Assembly (NCBI RefSeq): GCF_018350175.1
Contig: NC_058368.1
Span: 219,792,001-219,856,000, forward strand
DNA from: Felis catus
Taxonomy: Eukaryota
Length of the DNA: 64,000 bases
Reading direction: 5' to 3'
Shown: positions 52,313 through 64,000 of the stretch, piece after piece
Layout of the letters: every line of letters starts with the position of its first letter
How positions within the stretch are numbered: the first letter of the stretch is position 1
Notes under the pieces: generated by a model
The model's input: the letters and a program-made list of their open reading frames with translations, nothing else
The model's database searches: none
Told to the model about the DNA's origin: nothing
Made by a program: the position numbers and the translations under genes

Positions 52313-53139
52313 AGATTTTGACATGGCTCCCTTTAAGTGAGAGCATTTTTTGTGTTTCTTCATGGGTATTTCTGATGGAGAAATTGTCATTTGGCCTGCA
52401 TCAGTTGGATAGTGTATCTGAGTAGAAATGGGTAGAAACTGTATTCTTCATCAGATATATCCTTATATCCTTAGCATAGGGCTTGGTCTAAAGAAAGCAT
52501 GCAATAATTGTGTCATGAATCTGTGCTCTAATGTAAAACAACATGCATTAATTAAATGCAGAGGAAATGAGCTTTATATCCCTAAATATAAATTATAGAG
52601 TTTCCATTTAAGTAATGCACCTTTCAATGTAAAATTTAAAAAAAATGCCATATCTTATGCATACATATGCAGAAAAAAGCTAATTGCCAGAAAGACAAGA
52701 AGGTCATATTCAGATTTAATAATTACACAGACATGACCGAATTAACTGATAATGAGAATGAGGATAAATATGGACTTCTATTACTATGTGATAAACGGTT
52801 TAAAATTTTGTTTTACCACAGTCACACTTTCAAAAATATCATATTTGTAGTCAAATGACCTTTTCTAGGAAACAAAAGTATGTATGGCTACATAAATATT
52901 TTGCAAAATGGTTTTACGCTTAGGTAGCTTTTCTATTTAAAATTCATTATTTTGTACCCTTATATTTCAAAAGATATACTATCTAAAAATGAGTAGTCAC
53001 TTAAAATTGGTTATTTTCTAAAGTCAATATATGATACAAGGTAATTAAAATGAAATAGAACACCTAGAGTAGTTCAAAATCAAACTACTTATATCCAGCT
53101 TAGAATAATGACCGTATTACTAGGTAATAGCTTTTCAAA

Positions 53140-54160
53140 TAATGTACTCTGTTTTGATATAAGAATAAGGTGGTTCTGTATGTAAATATATGATGATGGC
53201 TCATTAAAAAATAGTGGTGTCAAAACCTCAGTTAGGTAAGAAAATAAGCATATATTAGGAACACATCTAGGGAGGTCAACCAGATGCCTCTGTTGAACTT
53301 GGGTTGATTTGATCACATCTGAGAATTGGCTCTCTGACAAATAATCTAGGATGATGGTGGCTCAGACGATTGGGGTAATTTGATTCTGTTCCATGTGTTG
53401 CTCTTCCTCCTTCCTGGAATGACTTGGATATCTTGAGAAAGTCCATCTGACAGCAATGGCAGAGAGTAATTGCAGAAGCAGAAATGTGTAAGCCCTTTAT
53501 ACATCTGTCCAATAGTCCATCCCCAGAACAAGTCATAAGACCAGGCTAGAGTCAAAGTGGAAGGGCACTGAAAGTTTGTAAGGCAAATGGTGTGATCACA
53601 AGCGGGGGTTAAAAACTGGGGACATTAATATGCCATATAGTCAGACCTCAGCTGAAATTATTCATGACTCTCCCACATTGCAAAATAGTCTCAGTCCTCT
53701 TCCAGAAACCTCAATTATCTCACTACCGCTCATCAGTATTGGTCTGTGTGTCATCTACATCAGCGCCAGGCACAGCTTCTCCTGATTTGGAGATTTCAAG
53801 CTAAAAAGGGCAAGATATTATGCTCAACCCCCAACAAACAGTAGTTAACGGCTGTAATAAACACTGCTCTTTGAAACATAAGAGAATGGTAGGTACATGG
53901 CAGTAGTGTTCCATAATAATTTTTTGATGCCACTAGGTAATCATTGTCAAGTATCCTACACCAATAGGATGTATCCCTTGATTAAGCCCTGCTTCTGCTC
54001 CCTGGGAGTAATTCACCACTTCATCATACACCATGACTTTGGGCTGTATTCTATTTTTTTTTTCATACCTCTCTTGACTCTCCTTGGTAAGTTGTGAAAA
54101 TTATACTGGGAAATATGCCCTTTGAGCAAAATTTCAATATGTTTTTCACCAGTAGAAATC
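53140..54160 (-). mobile_element. Old MaLR LTR plus adjacent internal sequence
   Basis: tatatgatgatggctca...ccagaacaagtcataagaccagg...agagtcaaagtggaaggg, then gactctcccacattgcaaaatag; boundaries approximate. Confidence 0.5.
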
Positions 54161-56261
54161 TAGGAAGGATTATATTAGTGAGGGTTCTCTAGAGAAAAAG
54201 GACCAATATGAGATTATATATAATAATAAATATTATATATATGAATGATATTAAGTATAAATAAATAGGAGGTAGCTTTAAAAAATATATGGGGATTATT
54301 CGTTTATATGCAATAGATGTCACAAACATTTTCTCCCCAGTTTGTTGTATATCTTTTGGTTTGCTAATGACTTTTGTTTTCCATATGAAGTTTTTGGTTG
54401 TCTAACTTATAAATTTTTTTTGTTATTACATCTGAATTTTGATACATAGTTAGAAAGCATATACCTACACCCATGTAATATAGAAGTGCTTTAAGAGAAA
54501 TAATTGATTGATAATTCTTTCTAGGTTTTCTGTTGAAATTGTTTTAAGTTTTCTACGTTGGATGGGGTCAGTTTTTGCTAAAGCATATTTTCCAAGGCAA
54601 TTACCTACTTCATCTGTATATTGAAATTTACTTCCTTAGACTTTTACAAACAATTAACTTATGCTTTTATTATCCTGTTTTTTTTCTATTGAAATTTTAC
54701 AATCCAGTATAAACCCAATTCACTTACTGACTGCACTGAAAAGTTGAACTCTTCAAATTATAACACAGAAAAACTTCTCCATGTGACATCAGTACCACCA
54801 GCATTCTCAATGGTTCTCTCATACAAAATAGAATAGCAGGATACATGTAAATGCAAGATGTGGACAGTGACCAAAAGACAGCAAGAGAAGATTGACAAAT
54901 ATTCCAGAAATTGCAGTTGAAACAAATGGACTGTAAAAATAGCCACAATAAAGAGAAAGATGAACAACATGGATGAAAAAAAAAAAAGATGGCATCTAAC
55001 AGAGTACTGGATTCAGTTTAAAAAATAACTAATTTGACCATTGATATAGAATGCAGGGTGAGAGAAATTATTCAAAGCACTTGAGACATTATGACGTGTA
55101 CTGCACGGAGCAAAGAGACCACCCAGGTAGCTAATACCCAATGTTAGGTTAACAGATTTCAGAATTCTCTAGAATTTTTAGCATATTTTCTACATTATGT
55201 GAAGATGATATTCTTATAGAAGCCTGCACTCTCAAATCCTTAGAGATGACTGACTCAAGAATAACCATTGTTTATTCTGTGAATGAATTATTTTATCTTC
55301 AGAATGGGATGTCTATTCTGTCTTTTGTTTGTCTATTTTTGGGGGCAAGGGACTGTATTTCTAATGCGGGAGGAGAGTATATAAGTAACATATTTCTGTT
55401 TGGTAGCCACCTCTTATGTCAAACTAAAAGTGGGGAATATATCTAAAGAACACCAACTTGTTATTTTTATATTACATAGCTAATTTCAACTGATTTACAA
55501 TCTTAAAAATATACTCTGAAGTCAGGGAAAAACTCAAAAGGGAATTCAATAGCTGATTCATAATCTTGTACAAGAATCAATTTTATAAGCACAAAAACAC
55601 TTGTTGCTATTTTATGAGAAGATCTAGAAGGAGTATTTATACTAATATTAATACATGTAAAAATGTATGGAAAACACCTAAGAAATGAAAAACAAAGAAA
55701 ACCATTGTTGAAAAATAGACACTAATGATAAAGCAGATGTACTTGTTTCTATTTTACTGAGTGGATTCAAGTAAAACATGATAAAACTCATTAATCTAGT
55801 AAAAAGAAAAAAGTCAAACTAATTTATGTAGCAGATTATTGCATATACGACCAAGAAAGAGAAACTAATAAACTATTTGAATGCTTTGATAGTGATACCC
55901 AAATCTTTGAAATGGTAGAACAGATATAAGAAGACTTTTGGATTAGACGAAATGGCAAAGTCTTAAGTTCAATGTGAAAGAATATGAATAATTCTTGTGC
56001 AGAAGGTTGTCATTTCTGTCGGTCAGAACATTATTGAAAAAAATAAATTTTCAAATAGAATTTCAGAATATTTGAAGCGATTTCCATGCTAAAGTCTAAT
56101 TGCTCTAAGACCAGTTAGAAGTCCAATAATCTGATTTATTTTAGATTACCTTCAGAATATATAACAAGGTCTCTAATCAATCATTGTCATTAGAGCAATC
56201 AGGTCTTTAGGTCTCTCCAATGCTATACCCTCATTAACATAGTCAGGAGAGACCCCATTTT

Positions 56262-56465
56262 TTCTTCTTCTTCTTTTTTTAATGTTTATTCATTTTTGAG
56301 AGAGAAACAGAGCACAAGTTGGGGAGAGGCAGGGAGAGAGGGAGACACAGAATCTGAAGCAGGTTCCAGACTCCAAGCTGTCAGCACAGAGCACATCTTA
56401 GGGCTTGAACTCATGAAGCCTGAGCTGAAGTTGGATGCCCAACTGACTGAGCCACCCAGGTGCCC
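56262..56465 (-). mobile_element. Can-SINE (first of tandem pair)
   Basis: Antisense body; TSD aggagagaccccattt at 56246-56261 and 56466-56481. Confidence 0.95.
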
Positions 56466-56484
56466 AGGAGAGACCCCATTTCTT

Positions 56485-56708
56485 TTTTTTTCCAATTTTT
56501 CTAAACATTTATTTATTTTTGAAAGACAGAGAGAGACAGAGCATGAGCAGAGGAGGGGCAGAGAGAAAGGGAGACACAGAATCCAAAGCAGGCTCCAGGC
56601 TCCAAGCTGTCAGCACAGAGCGCGATGCAGGGCTCGAACTCACAAACTGCAAGATCATGACCTGAGCCAAAGTCAAACACTTAACCAACTAAGCCACCCA
56701 GGCGCCCC
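56485..56708 (-). mobile_element. Can-SINE (second of tandem pair)
   Basis: Antisense body ending ccacccaggcgcccc; TSD ag(a/g)gaccccatttctt at 56469-56484 and 56709-56724. Confidence 0.95.
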
Positions 56709-57724
56709 AGGGACCCCATTTCTTAACCCCAATTCCCTTTTCCTTTGAAATAATGAATACCATATGGATATTTAATTATAATGTGTCCTCTTTTGTCTCT
56801 ATAACTGTTTTCTAAAGAGTGTATATTATGTCACTCTGAATTTCTATAGTCAACCCAAGTATCCTATTAACCTATGGGACTAGGACTAGATCTTTTTTGT
56901 TTGTTTTTCAATTTAGAGCATGGCACTCACTGCACTCAGTTGGTATGTGTCCAAAGTGTTCTTCCTTGTTTCATAAAATTTAAGGATTCTTTTGCTGTCA
57001 GGACAGAACACCATGGCACTTGAAAAGCTAGAAAGCAGAACTCTATATTGCAGCCCCAAACAAAAAGGCTGTCAGGCAGGACCATACAGGGAGGTGCCTT
57101 TGGAGAGGGTAACTGAAAGTTGTTTTGCATCAAGCAGAATCCTGTTACTCAGCTTTCCCGGGCTCCCTGAGGGTTGGCTTATTTGAATAATTTTGGTGGA
57201 CCCTGGGGCATAGGGATTGCCCTGGTTGTGTGCTGCTTGGTCCCTGGGCTGATACTTAGGGTTCCTATCTATGAAAGCCCAATAAAGGATGTGATCGAGG
57301 TGTGGACCTAATGAACTGTTCAAGAAGCTACCTGGCCTTTTTCAGGATATCATAACTGGGCCAAAAAAGTGCAAACACACCAACCAACCCCAGACTAAAC
57401 TGTATTATCGTCCTTAAAAGGAATCTTAGCACTTGTTGCCTTAGCTGACGCCCAAAGAACAACCATATCTTCCTCCAATAATTGTGCTAAAAGAAAGCTT
57501 AATTTCTCTAAAATTGTGTCCAGCATGGGAGTAAAATGGGACTGACTAAATGTCCAGATAGTTGAGATTAGAATAAATGTATATATTTCTTCTCATAAAA
57601 GATCCGATCCTAATCCTGAGTCCTTGCAAATGCTCATCTTAACTAATCAACAAACCTGATAAATAATGATTTGTACAAGGCCTAAAGCCATTACATTGCA
57701 TTTTCCCGTTTTTAAAATGTGTCA

Positions 57725-58136
57725 TGTGGTGTCTCCTGGATTGGATGGGAGCCCCCAAAAGTGGGGTGACCATTGATCGGGTGGAAGCCAGTGACACACG
57801 CTGGTGGTGAAAGAAGTCACCTGAGGCAAAACAAAGGAGATAGAAGTTTAGTGGATACACTGGAAGGGAGCAGTGGACAAGACAGCAGAGTCATTGTCTG
57901 CAACAAGGCAGTGGGTGGGGGCTTTATTTAAAGGGAGAAGGTGAGGCAGCTGGGGACATAATGGATTTTCCCTTCTTTGGTTTGTGTGCGTGATTGTAAG
58001 TAGCCCATTGGTTAGTCAGGGCTTATGGATATTTTGAGGTGGGTCGCCTGATGGCTGTTAGTACCCAGCCAGGTGGTCCTGTGGGCCCTTTTTACATTCC
58101 ATGGCTCAAATCTGTTGCCTAAAAGCGACCTCTACA
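57725..58136 (-). mobile_element. Solo ERV LTR
   Basis: TG...CA termini (minus strand starts TGTAGAGGTCGC); perfect 5-bp TSD tgtca at 57720-57724 and 58137-58141; minus-strand CCAAT and tttaaataaa boxes. Confidence 0.85.
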
Positions 58137-58302
58137 TGTCACTGCTATTATTTTCCATGCATTTCACCTGTTTCTAAGTACGTCATTGTTGTGGTAACTT
58201 TATTCTACACTTTATCTATCCTTATGAGCATTTTTGCCTTTATTTTATTAAGTCATTCATTATAATTATAGCAGAATTCCCCAACACTACACTCAGAGAT
58301 TT

Positions 58303-58517
58303 TAATTTTTTTTTATGTTTGTTTACTTTTGAGAGAGAGAGAGAGAGAGACGGTGTGATTGGGGAGGGGCAGAGAGAGAGGGAGACACAGAATGAGAAGT
58401 AGGTTCCAGGTTCTGAGCTATCAGTACAGCGCCTGACCCATGGCTTGAACTCACATACTGGGCGATCATGACCTGAGCAGGTCAGATGCTTAACTGACTG
58501 AGAAACCCAGGTGCCCC
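58303..58517 (-). mobile_element. Can-SINE
   Basis: Antisense body ending cccaggtgcccc; flanks share agaga(t/c)tttaattt. Confidence 0.92.
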
Positions 58518-58739
58518 TACCCTGAGAGACTTTAATTTGTTGTTTTTGTTGTTACAATTGTTTTCCTCTCAAATTCTTGAGAAAAAAAAAATCCTAAAAT
58601 GTCATTTTCTGTCCTTTATCCCTATCGTGATGAGTATTTGCTGGCTTCTTCCACAAAAATGATCATATATTATGATTCTTAATTTTTCTTGAAGTTTTCT
58701 TATAAGATAAATTTATAAAGTTACATTTCATCAAGAATT

Positions 58740-59426
58740 TGCTTAGTTGAAGGAAAAAAACAAAGTTGGAAGATTGATACTATCCGTCATCAAGACTTAC
58801 TGTAAAGCTAAGTAATCAAGACAAGAGTGATATTGGTGAAAGAATAGACAGATCATTAGAACAGAATAGAGTGGCAGGAAATAGATACATACATACATAG
58901 TCATATGGGCAATGCACATAAATATATATATAGTCAATACACATACACATACATACAGTCAAGTGATCTTTGATAAAGAAAGGAGGACAATACGATGGAA
59001 AAAAGATAGTCTTTTCAACAAATGATGTTGGAACAACTGAGCATTCACATGCAAAAACTGAATCTACACACCGGCTTTAAACCCTTCAAAAATTACTAAT
59101 AAATCACAGACTAATTATAAAATATGAAACTATAAAACTCCTAGAAGATTATATAGAACAAAATCTAGATGGTTTAGGGTACCATGATGATTATTTTAGA
59201 TATAACACTCATGGCATGCTCCATCAAAGAAATAATGTATACACTAGGCTTTGTTAAAATTCATAAAAATGTTTACTGGGGTGTCTGGGTGACTCAGTTA
59301 AGTGTCCAACTCTTGATATCGGCTCAGGTCATGATCTCATGGCCATGAGATTAAGCCCCGTGTTGGGCTCCATGCTAAGTGTGGAGCCTGCTTAAGATTC
59401 TCTCTCCCTCACTTTCTGCCTTCCTA

Positions 59427-59457
<31 letters not shown>

Positions 59458-59880
59458 ATTTCCGGAGGTGGGGGGAAAGGTCTACTTTGTGAAAGACAAT
59501 GTCCTAAGAATAAGAAGGCAAGTCACAGAATGGGAGAAAATTTTTCCAAGATGCACATCTAATGAAAGACTATTATCCAAAACATATAGAATTCTTAACA
59601 TTCAAACTTAAGCAAATAAACAATATGATTAAAAAATAGAGCAAAGATCTTAAGTGACACCTCATCAAAGAAGGTATACAGATGGAAAATAAGCATATAA
59701 AAAATGTTCTGTCCCATACATCATCAGAAAAATGAAAGGTAAACAATAAGATACCACTACACACCTCTTAGAATGGCCAAAATCAAGAACACTGACAACA
59801 CCTAATGCTGGCAATGATTCGAACAAGAAGAACTCTCACACGTTGCTGGTGGGAGTTAACATGGTACAGCCACTTGGCAC
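58740..59880 (+). mobile_element. L1 ORF2 3' fragment, degenerate, with a SINE insertion
   Basis: caaagttggaagattgatactatcc...gatagtcttttcaacaaatgatgttggaacaactg...gataccactacacacctcttagaatggccaaaatc. Confidence 0.9.
59278..59460 (+). mobile_element. Can-SINE with (TAAA)n tail
   Basis: ggggtgtctgggtgactcagttaagtgtccaactcttgatatcggctcaggtcatg. Confidence 0.92.
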
Positions 59881-60074
59881 TCCAGAAGTGAAGTATTACT
59901 GCTTTTTATTTATTTTTTGTTTATTTATTATAAACTTATTTATTTTGTTTTAAATAATTTATCTTCAATGAGATATCAAATAGTTCATCGATCTGGAATC
60001 GTTCTTCATATTTTTCGACTACTCTTCTCACTACTCAAAAAAATAGTGTATTAAAAAAAAAAAAAAAAAAAGAC

Positions 60075-61538
60075 TTGGCAGCTCTACACTGGGACTGGTT
60101 CCTTAGCAGCCATTTCTTGTCCAACCAAATAGCCGATTGGTAATTGGAGCCAACCAGAGCTGCACTGGGATGGATGGTGACAGTGTTACTGTGATAAACG
60201 TGATAGAGTGATAGATGCTTCTCAACTATCCATTCTATACACTACATTGGAGGAAGTCATATTACACTACTTCATGATGATACTGAAGACAGCATGAATG
60301 ATCAAGAAGACATAAATGGTTCAAAGTAAAGTTTCAAAGAGAAACATATATTTTCCAATTGGAAATGTACCTAGGATGATGAAAAGTGCCATACCTCAAA
60401 TGGGAAAGATTGGAAAAGATGCCCAAGAATGTGTTCAAGAATGTGTGAGTTCATTAGCTTTATTAGAGGTGAAGCAAGTGAAAGATGCCATCAAGAAAAA
60501 TGGAAGGCAGTCGGGAAGATATTGTCTTTTCCATGTCTACCTTAGGCTTCAACAGTTATGTAGAACCGCTAAAATTATACATTCAGAAATTCAGAGAGGC
60601 TATGAAAGGAAAGAAAAGAATTGGGGGAACAGTCACAGCTATAGAAGGACTAAGTGACGAACATATAGAGGAGGCATTTACCAACCAGTTACCAGCTGGC
60701 CTAATAACTGCAGATGGTCAGCAACTAAATATATTGTGTTTTTTTTGTTTGTTGTTTGTTTTTGTTTTTGTTTTTTTTAGGGGAGGGGCAAAAGTGAACG
60801 AGGGGCAGAGAGAGGGAGAGGGAGAGAGAGAGAACAAAGTGGGGCTCACCCAGGGCTCATGTTTTTACCTTAAGTGGGGCTGGAGCTCACCAGAATTGGG
60901 GCATCAGCTCACCTGAAGCACAAGTCAAGCTCACCTGAAGTGGGAGTCATGCTCACCTGACATAGGCTCAAACTCACCAACCGTGAGATCATGACCTGAG
61001 CCAAAGTCAGATGCTTAACGATTGAGTCACCCAGGTGCTCCCAAAATGTGTGATTTTTACAACATGATATCAACAGATTTATGTTCTTCAGCAAATTCAG
61101 TTTTCACGACCTGAAGAAATGGTGGAATGGGGAGTGTCAGAGAAGCAAAAGAGTCTGTGTGATTCTGGGACAGACATTTAGAAGGAAAAGAGGAGAAAAG
61201 ATGTCTTTGTATAGTAAATAGCTATAATGTAGCTTTCTGATGCTTGATTAATTGAGGTGTCAATTTTTACTTGAGAGAATCCTTTTCATGAATGATTTTA
61301 AAGAAAAATTGGATTTGCAAGGTATAAGATATTTTTGTTTTCTTTGAGAGTTTGTTGCTCTGTATGACTCCTGTATGCATGGTATATTGCAATTTGTTAC
61401 TGACAGTGATTTGTAGATAGTTTCTTACTTTCATATTGAGTCATGTTTCTTTTGTAATTCAAGTAAGCAGCTAGGTTAATTTATGATGTTTGTTATCTTA
61501 ATAAAATATAAGGGTAGGGTTCACTTTGGGAAAAAAAA
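60075..61538 (+). pseudogene. NFYB: NFYB processed pseudogene (5' UTR, CDS remnant, 3' UTR, polyA), SINE-interrupted
   Basis: ATG at 60170 (MDGDS); FPIGNVPRMMKSAIPQMGKIGKDAQECVQECVS and EDIVFSMSTLGFNSYVEPLKLYIQKFREAMKG...EEAFTNQLPAGLITADGQQ match the NF-YB histone fold and C-terminus. Intronless and frameshifted; QQIQFS end at ~61106; AATAAA 61500-61505; A run 61531-61538. Confidence 0.95.
60737..61042 (-). mobile_element. Can-SINE variant with an internal 22-bp tandem array, inserted in the NFYB pseudogene
   Basis: T-rich tail, AG tract, gctcacc at 60844, 60885, 60907, 60929, 60951 and actcacc at 60972, then a standard head ending cacccaggtgctccc. Confidence 0.9.
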
Positions 61539-63768
61539 GTAAGAATTTCTCAAAAATCAAAGTCAATAAAATGATGAGAATGTAACTTAGCTTTTGAACA
61601 GCTGTTCTAAGTTCACAAATAAGTCTATAGGCTCAGCAATTTCCAACCAGTTTCTAATCAATAACTAATCAACCTCACTTCTATATCTATAATTTATGTT
61701 TTAATTTGTAAAGCAAGATTTTATTCCTTTTATTTTGCTTCTCTTTTAACCATTATTTTGTAATCTAGTATTTCTATGTGTCCGAGGCGTAAAGGAGGTA
61801 ATAATGTTTGTGGAAATGCCAAAACAGTTTTCTGGTTCAGATATTTTGGTCATTAATATTTGTATATTTTTATTTTCTTTGTGTTTATTTGCTTGTTTGA
61901 TTTTCTTTTAGAAGGAGCTGAGTGACTGAGTTATTTAACATTGGAACAAAATTTAGAGTCAATTTCCAATAGATAAAATGTATAGTACCAATCAATCACT
62001 TGATTTACTTCATATGTTCACCAATATTTATTGCATAAAAACATCCATGGCTATCTCAAATCCACTTTTCCAATTCTTTCATATTTACATATTTACCTTT
62101 ACATATTTCTTTCGTATTTACCTTGTCTTTAGATAAACAAAATATCTATCTCAAAGTGTACTCAACATGTTAATTATCAAATGCAAACAGTATAGCATAA
62201 CAAATAGTTCATAGTAAAAAAAACTAAGTCAACTACAGACTTTTTTTTAAAGAAAGGCTTCTAAAATAATTACCTGAGTTCATTAACTACTACATTTCCA
62301 GAAAAATAGTTCAATACTGAATATTTTCAGAATTCAAGGCAAAAAGGAATGTTGTTAGTACCTGCTAAGAAACTTCTGTGTACAGATCATTAAGAAAGTT
62401 TAGAATGGATACAATTCACATGAGTCCTAGCAGAAATTACATAAGTAAACCTTATGTAAATATGCAATAGTAACCATGAATAACAAATCTGTAGGATGGT
62501 ACAAATCAGTTTCCAAAGAGGTGTCTTAATTATCTTGAAATTTGTAAATGGGACCTGCTATTTAATTCAGTCAAACCATTTTTCTGATTGCAAAATCCAA
62601 AACAAAAATCAAAATAAAACTAAATTGTTAAATCCTTAAACAAATCACAAGTGAAATTTTACACTGATATTTTGTAGATCATGATTGTTTTATTCTTTCT
62701 TTACTTGTACTTGAATTCAAGCTTAGTGAAAATGTTAGATTTCCTCTTAACACAGGCACACTCCTTTATGCCTTCCTCAGTGCTGGAGAGAGGACTGGGC
62801 CCACGTTAACCTTCTCTACCTCACCACTCAAGTCTTCTAAATTAAAGCTGTATTACAGTTGATAGTGAAAATTTCACTTGCATTTTCTGACAAGACTGAC
62901 ATGTCACACTGACAAATTTCCGACTAAAGAGTAGCACATATTTTTCCAGGATTTTTAAAAATGCTTTCCTAAACTTTATGAATAAATTAGAGATATGTGT
63001 ATTTTATTTTCTGCTCTCTACTTCTTCCTTTCATGTTATTTTGGATCTATTTTCTAACATATGGTGTATGGCCATATATAATAAAATTATAGAGAAGTGT
63101 GTCACAAAATTTGCATAGAAAAACTTATTTTCATCCATATGATTTGATACTTAATTCATTAATTGGTATGTTAGGAAGGTGATATGAGTATTTTTTTTTA
63201 ATCTGTATAAAATCAGTTAAATAGACAAATAAAGCTGATGTCTATAGCCAGAGGAAAAACAGGTCTAAGTAGTACCAATATGATGAGCTTAATTGAAAAT
63301 GCTTCATTCACTTCTCTTTATATAGCCATGAAGCTAATAGCATTGGCTTATTATTTATCCTAACTACATTACCATAATTTTTCCCTTTTTAAAGGACTTG
63401 CCAAAATGTATATAGGAGACACATTATGCCACCATGTTTACATGTCATAGAAAAATCTAATATTGTATCATGCTTTGGCCAACAATGTCTACCAGAGAAA
63501 TACTATGTTATAAATAGTCCATAAAACTTTAATAATCCAATATTAAAGAACTTATGTTGAGCAACAGCAGAACAAAGTATGGTTGGTGATAGATAAAACA
63601 TTTAAATTAAAACTTTTCCCCAAAATCAATGAAGTAATATATATGGGAATCAAAAGTTTACTCTGGAGTGTATTTCCATTAATGTTCACAACTACAGATT
63701 TGGTTATATTTCATAGAGTTCCCTAGAAGGGCAACTAACCCTCACTGACCAGATGCCATCATATTTAA

Positions 63769-63991
63769 TTTTTTTTTTAATTTTTTTTAACGTTTATTTA
63801 TTTTTGAGACAGAGAGAGACAGAGCATGAATGGGGGAGGGTCACAGAGAGAGGGAGACACAGAATCAGAAACAGGCTCCAGGCTCCGAGCTGTCAGCACA
63901 GAGCCTGACGCGGGGCTTGAACCCATGGACCGTGAGATCATGACCTGAGCCGAAGTCGGACGCTTAACCGACCAAGCCACCCAGGCGCCCC
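63769..63991 (-). mobile_element. Fairly young felid Can-SINE
   Basis: CpG-rich antisense body ending ccacccaggcgcccc; flanks atatttaat / aaatttaat. Confidence 0.95.
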
Positions 63992-64000
63992 AAATTTAAT

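Noticed and set aside
56296..56748. Longest ORF in the track (150 aa)
   Set aside because: Antisense read-through of two tandem SINEs; the same peptide motifs recur in every SINE of the window
60135..60147. Two inverted CCAAT boxes as an autoregulatory promoter of the retrocopy
   Set aside because: They lie within the copied 5' UTR and nothing else suggests promoter activity
60316..60916. Two overlapping NF-YB-like ORFs as a functional gene
   Set aside because: Frameshifts split the histone fold, a SINE interrupts the C-terminus, there are no introns and the stop codon is mutated: pseudogene
60841..60985. CRISPR-like regularly spaced motif
   Set aside because: Intervening bases are diverged copies of one 22-bp unit inside a SINE, not spacers

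Overview
This is mammalian genomic DNA, almost certainly from a felid: it carries about 25 carnivore tRNA-derived Can-SINEs, including CpG-intact SINEC_Fc-type copies, plus felid-type L1 3' ends. The window is AT-rich, CpG-poor and repeat-dense, consistent with a gene desert or a large intron. I see no CpG island and no intact protein-coding gene. Nearly all ORFs in the supplied track are chance frames through SINE, L1 or LTR sequence. Two processed pseudogenes are recognisable: HNRNPA1 (minus, ~39546-40137, 3' half lost) and NFYB (plus, ~60075-61538, SINE-interrupted, with a polyA remnant). Other content includes an ERVL LTR with internal region, several MaLR/ERVL LTRs, two cleanly bounded solo LTRs (one with a G-rich minisatellite), L1 ORF2 and 3' fragments, DNA transposon remnants and microsatellites. 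I found no convincing novel biological system. The most notable signals are retrotransposition and repair scars: a possible exon-skipped NFYB retrocopy, a templated-insertion deletion scar, a twin-primed L1, a triple TSD and a SINE with a 22-bp tandem array. Repeat subfamily names come from recalled consensus sequences and need RepeatMasker/Dfam confirmation.
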